Source: Calditrichia bacterium (lineage in GTDB: Bacteria > Calditrichota > Calditrichia > JAJRVZ01). Taken from it: a stretch of 19,824 bases of DNA. Made by a program: the position numbers and the translations under genes. Below the pieces are notes generated by a model, which was not told where the DNA came from, searched no databases, and was given only the letters and a program-made list of their open reading frames with translations. The stretch spans positions 1 through 19,824 of the forward strand of contig CAWCNS010000019.1 of NCBI GenBank assembly GCA_963796965.1. The letters run 5' to 3'. Shown in pieces: positions 19,707-19,824 of this stretch. Positions within the stretch are counted from its first letter, which is position 1. Each line of letters opens with the position of its first letter.

Positions 19707-19824
19707 AGTGAATAATAATTATCCGTACCTGGCTAAAACGATCTAAAAAATACTGGATGAGACCAAAGGATAAAGTTAAGCATATTATCGAATGGTTGAG
19801 AATCTGGCCGCCTTAAAAGCTCCA

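Overview
The window has three parts. (1) Positions ~250-10,800, minus strand, form an anti-phage defence island. A promoter and a leader containing an intrinsic terminator precede what reads as one very large McrB (~1,350 codons, with about six N-terminal accessory or DNA-reader domains ahead of the AAA+ GTPase). It is followed by translationally coupled McrC, an HNH endonuclease with a 59-bp integron attC-like site just downstream, and a ~1,225-codon Dsr1-like SIR2 protein. (2) Positions ~10,850-12,800 form a mobile-element-like segment: a divergent Mpi-like serine resolvase/invertase with a res-like upstream site, two small hypothetical genes, a truncated phage terminase-small-subunit-like fragment and a three-copy degenerate direct repeat. 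(3) Positions ~13,290-19,710, plus strand, hold a two-component cluster: a VUT-like membrane/PAS/HisKA_3 kinase, a NarL-family regulator, a single-domain receiver, a PAS hybrid kinase and another receiver. Their style suggests a Desulfobacterota host (inference only). Most genes in parts 1-2 are split by 1-nt indels, often at short homopolymers, and were rejoined by hand across frames. Whether these are sequencing errors or real decay cannot be settled from this window. Domain assignments are from recognised motifs, not database searches.
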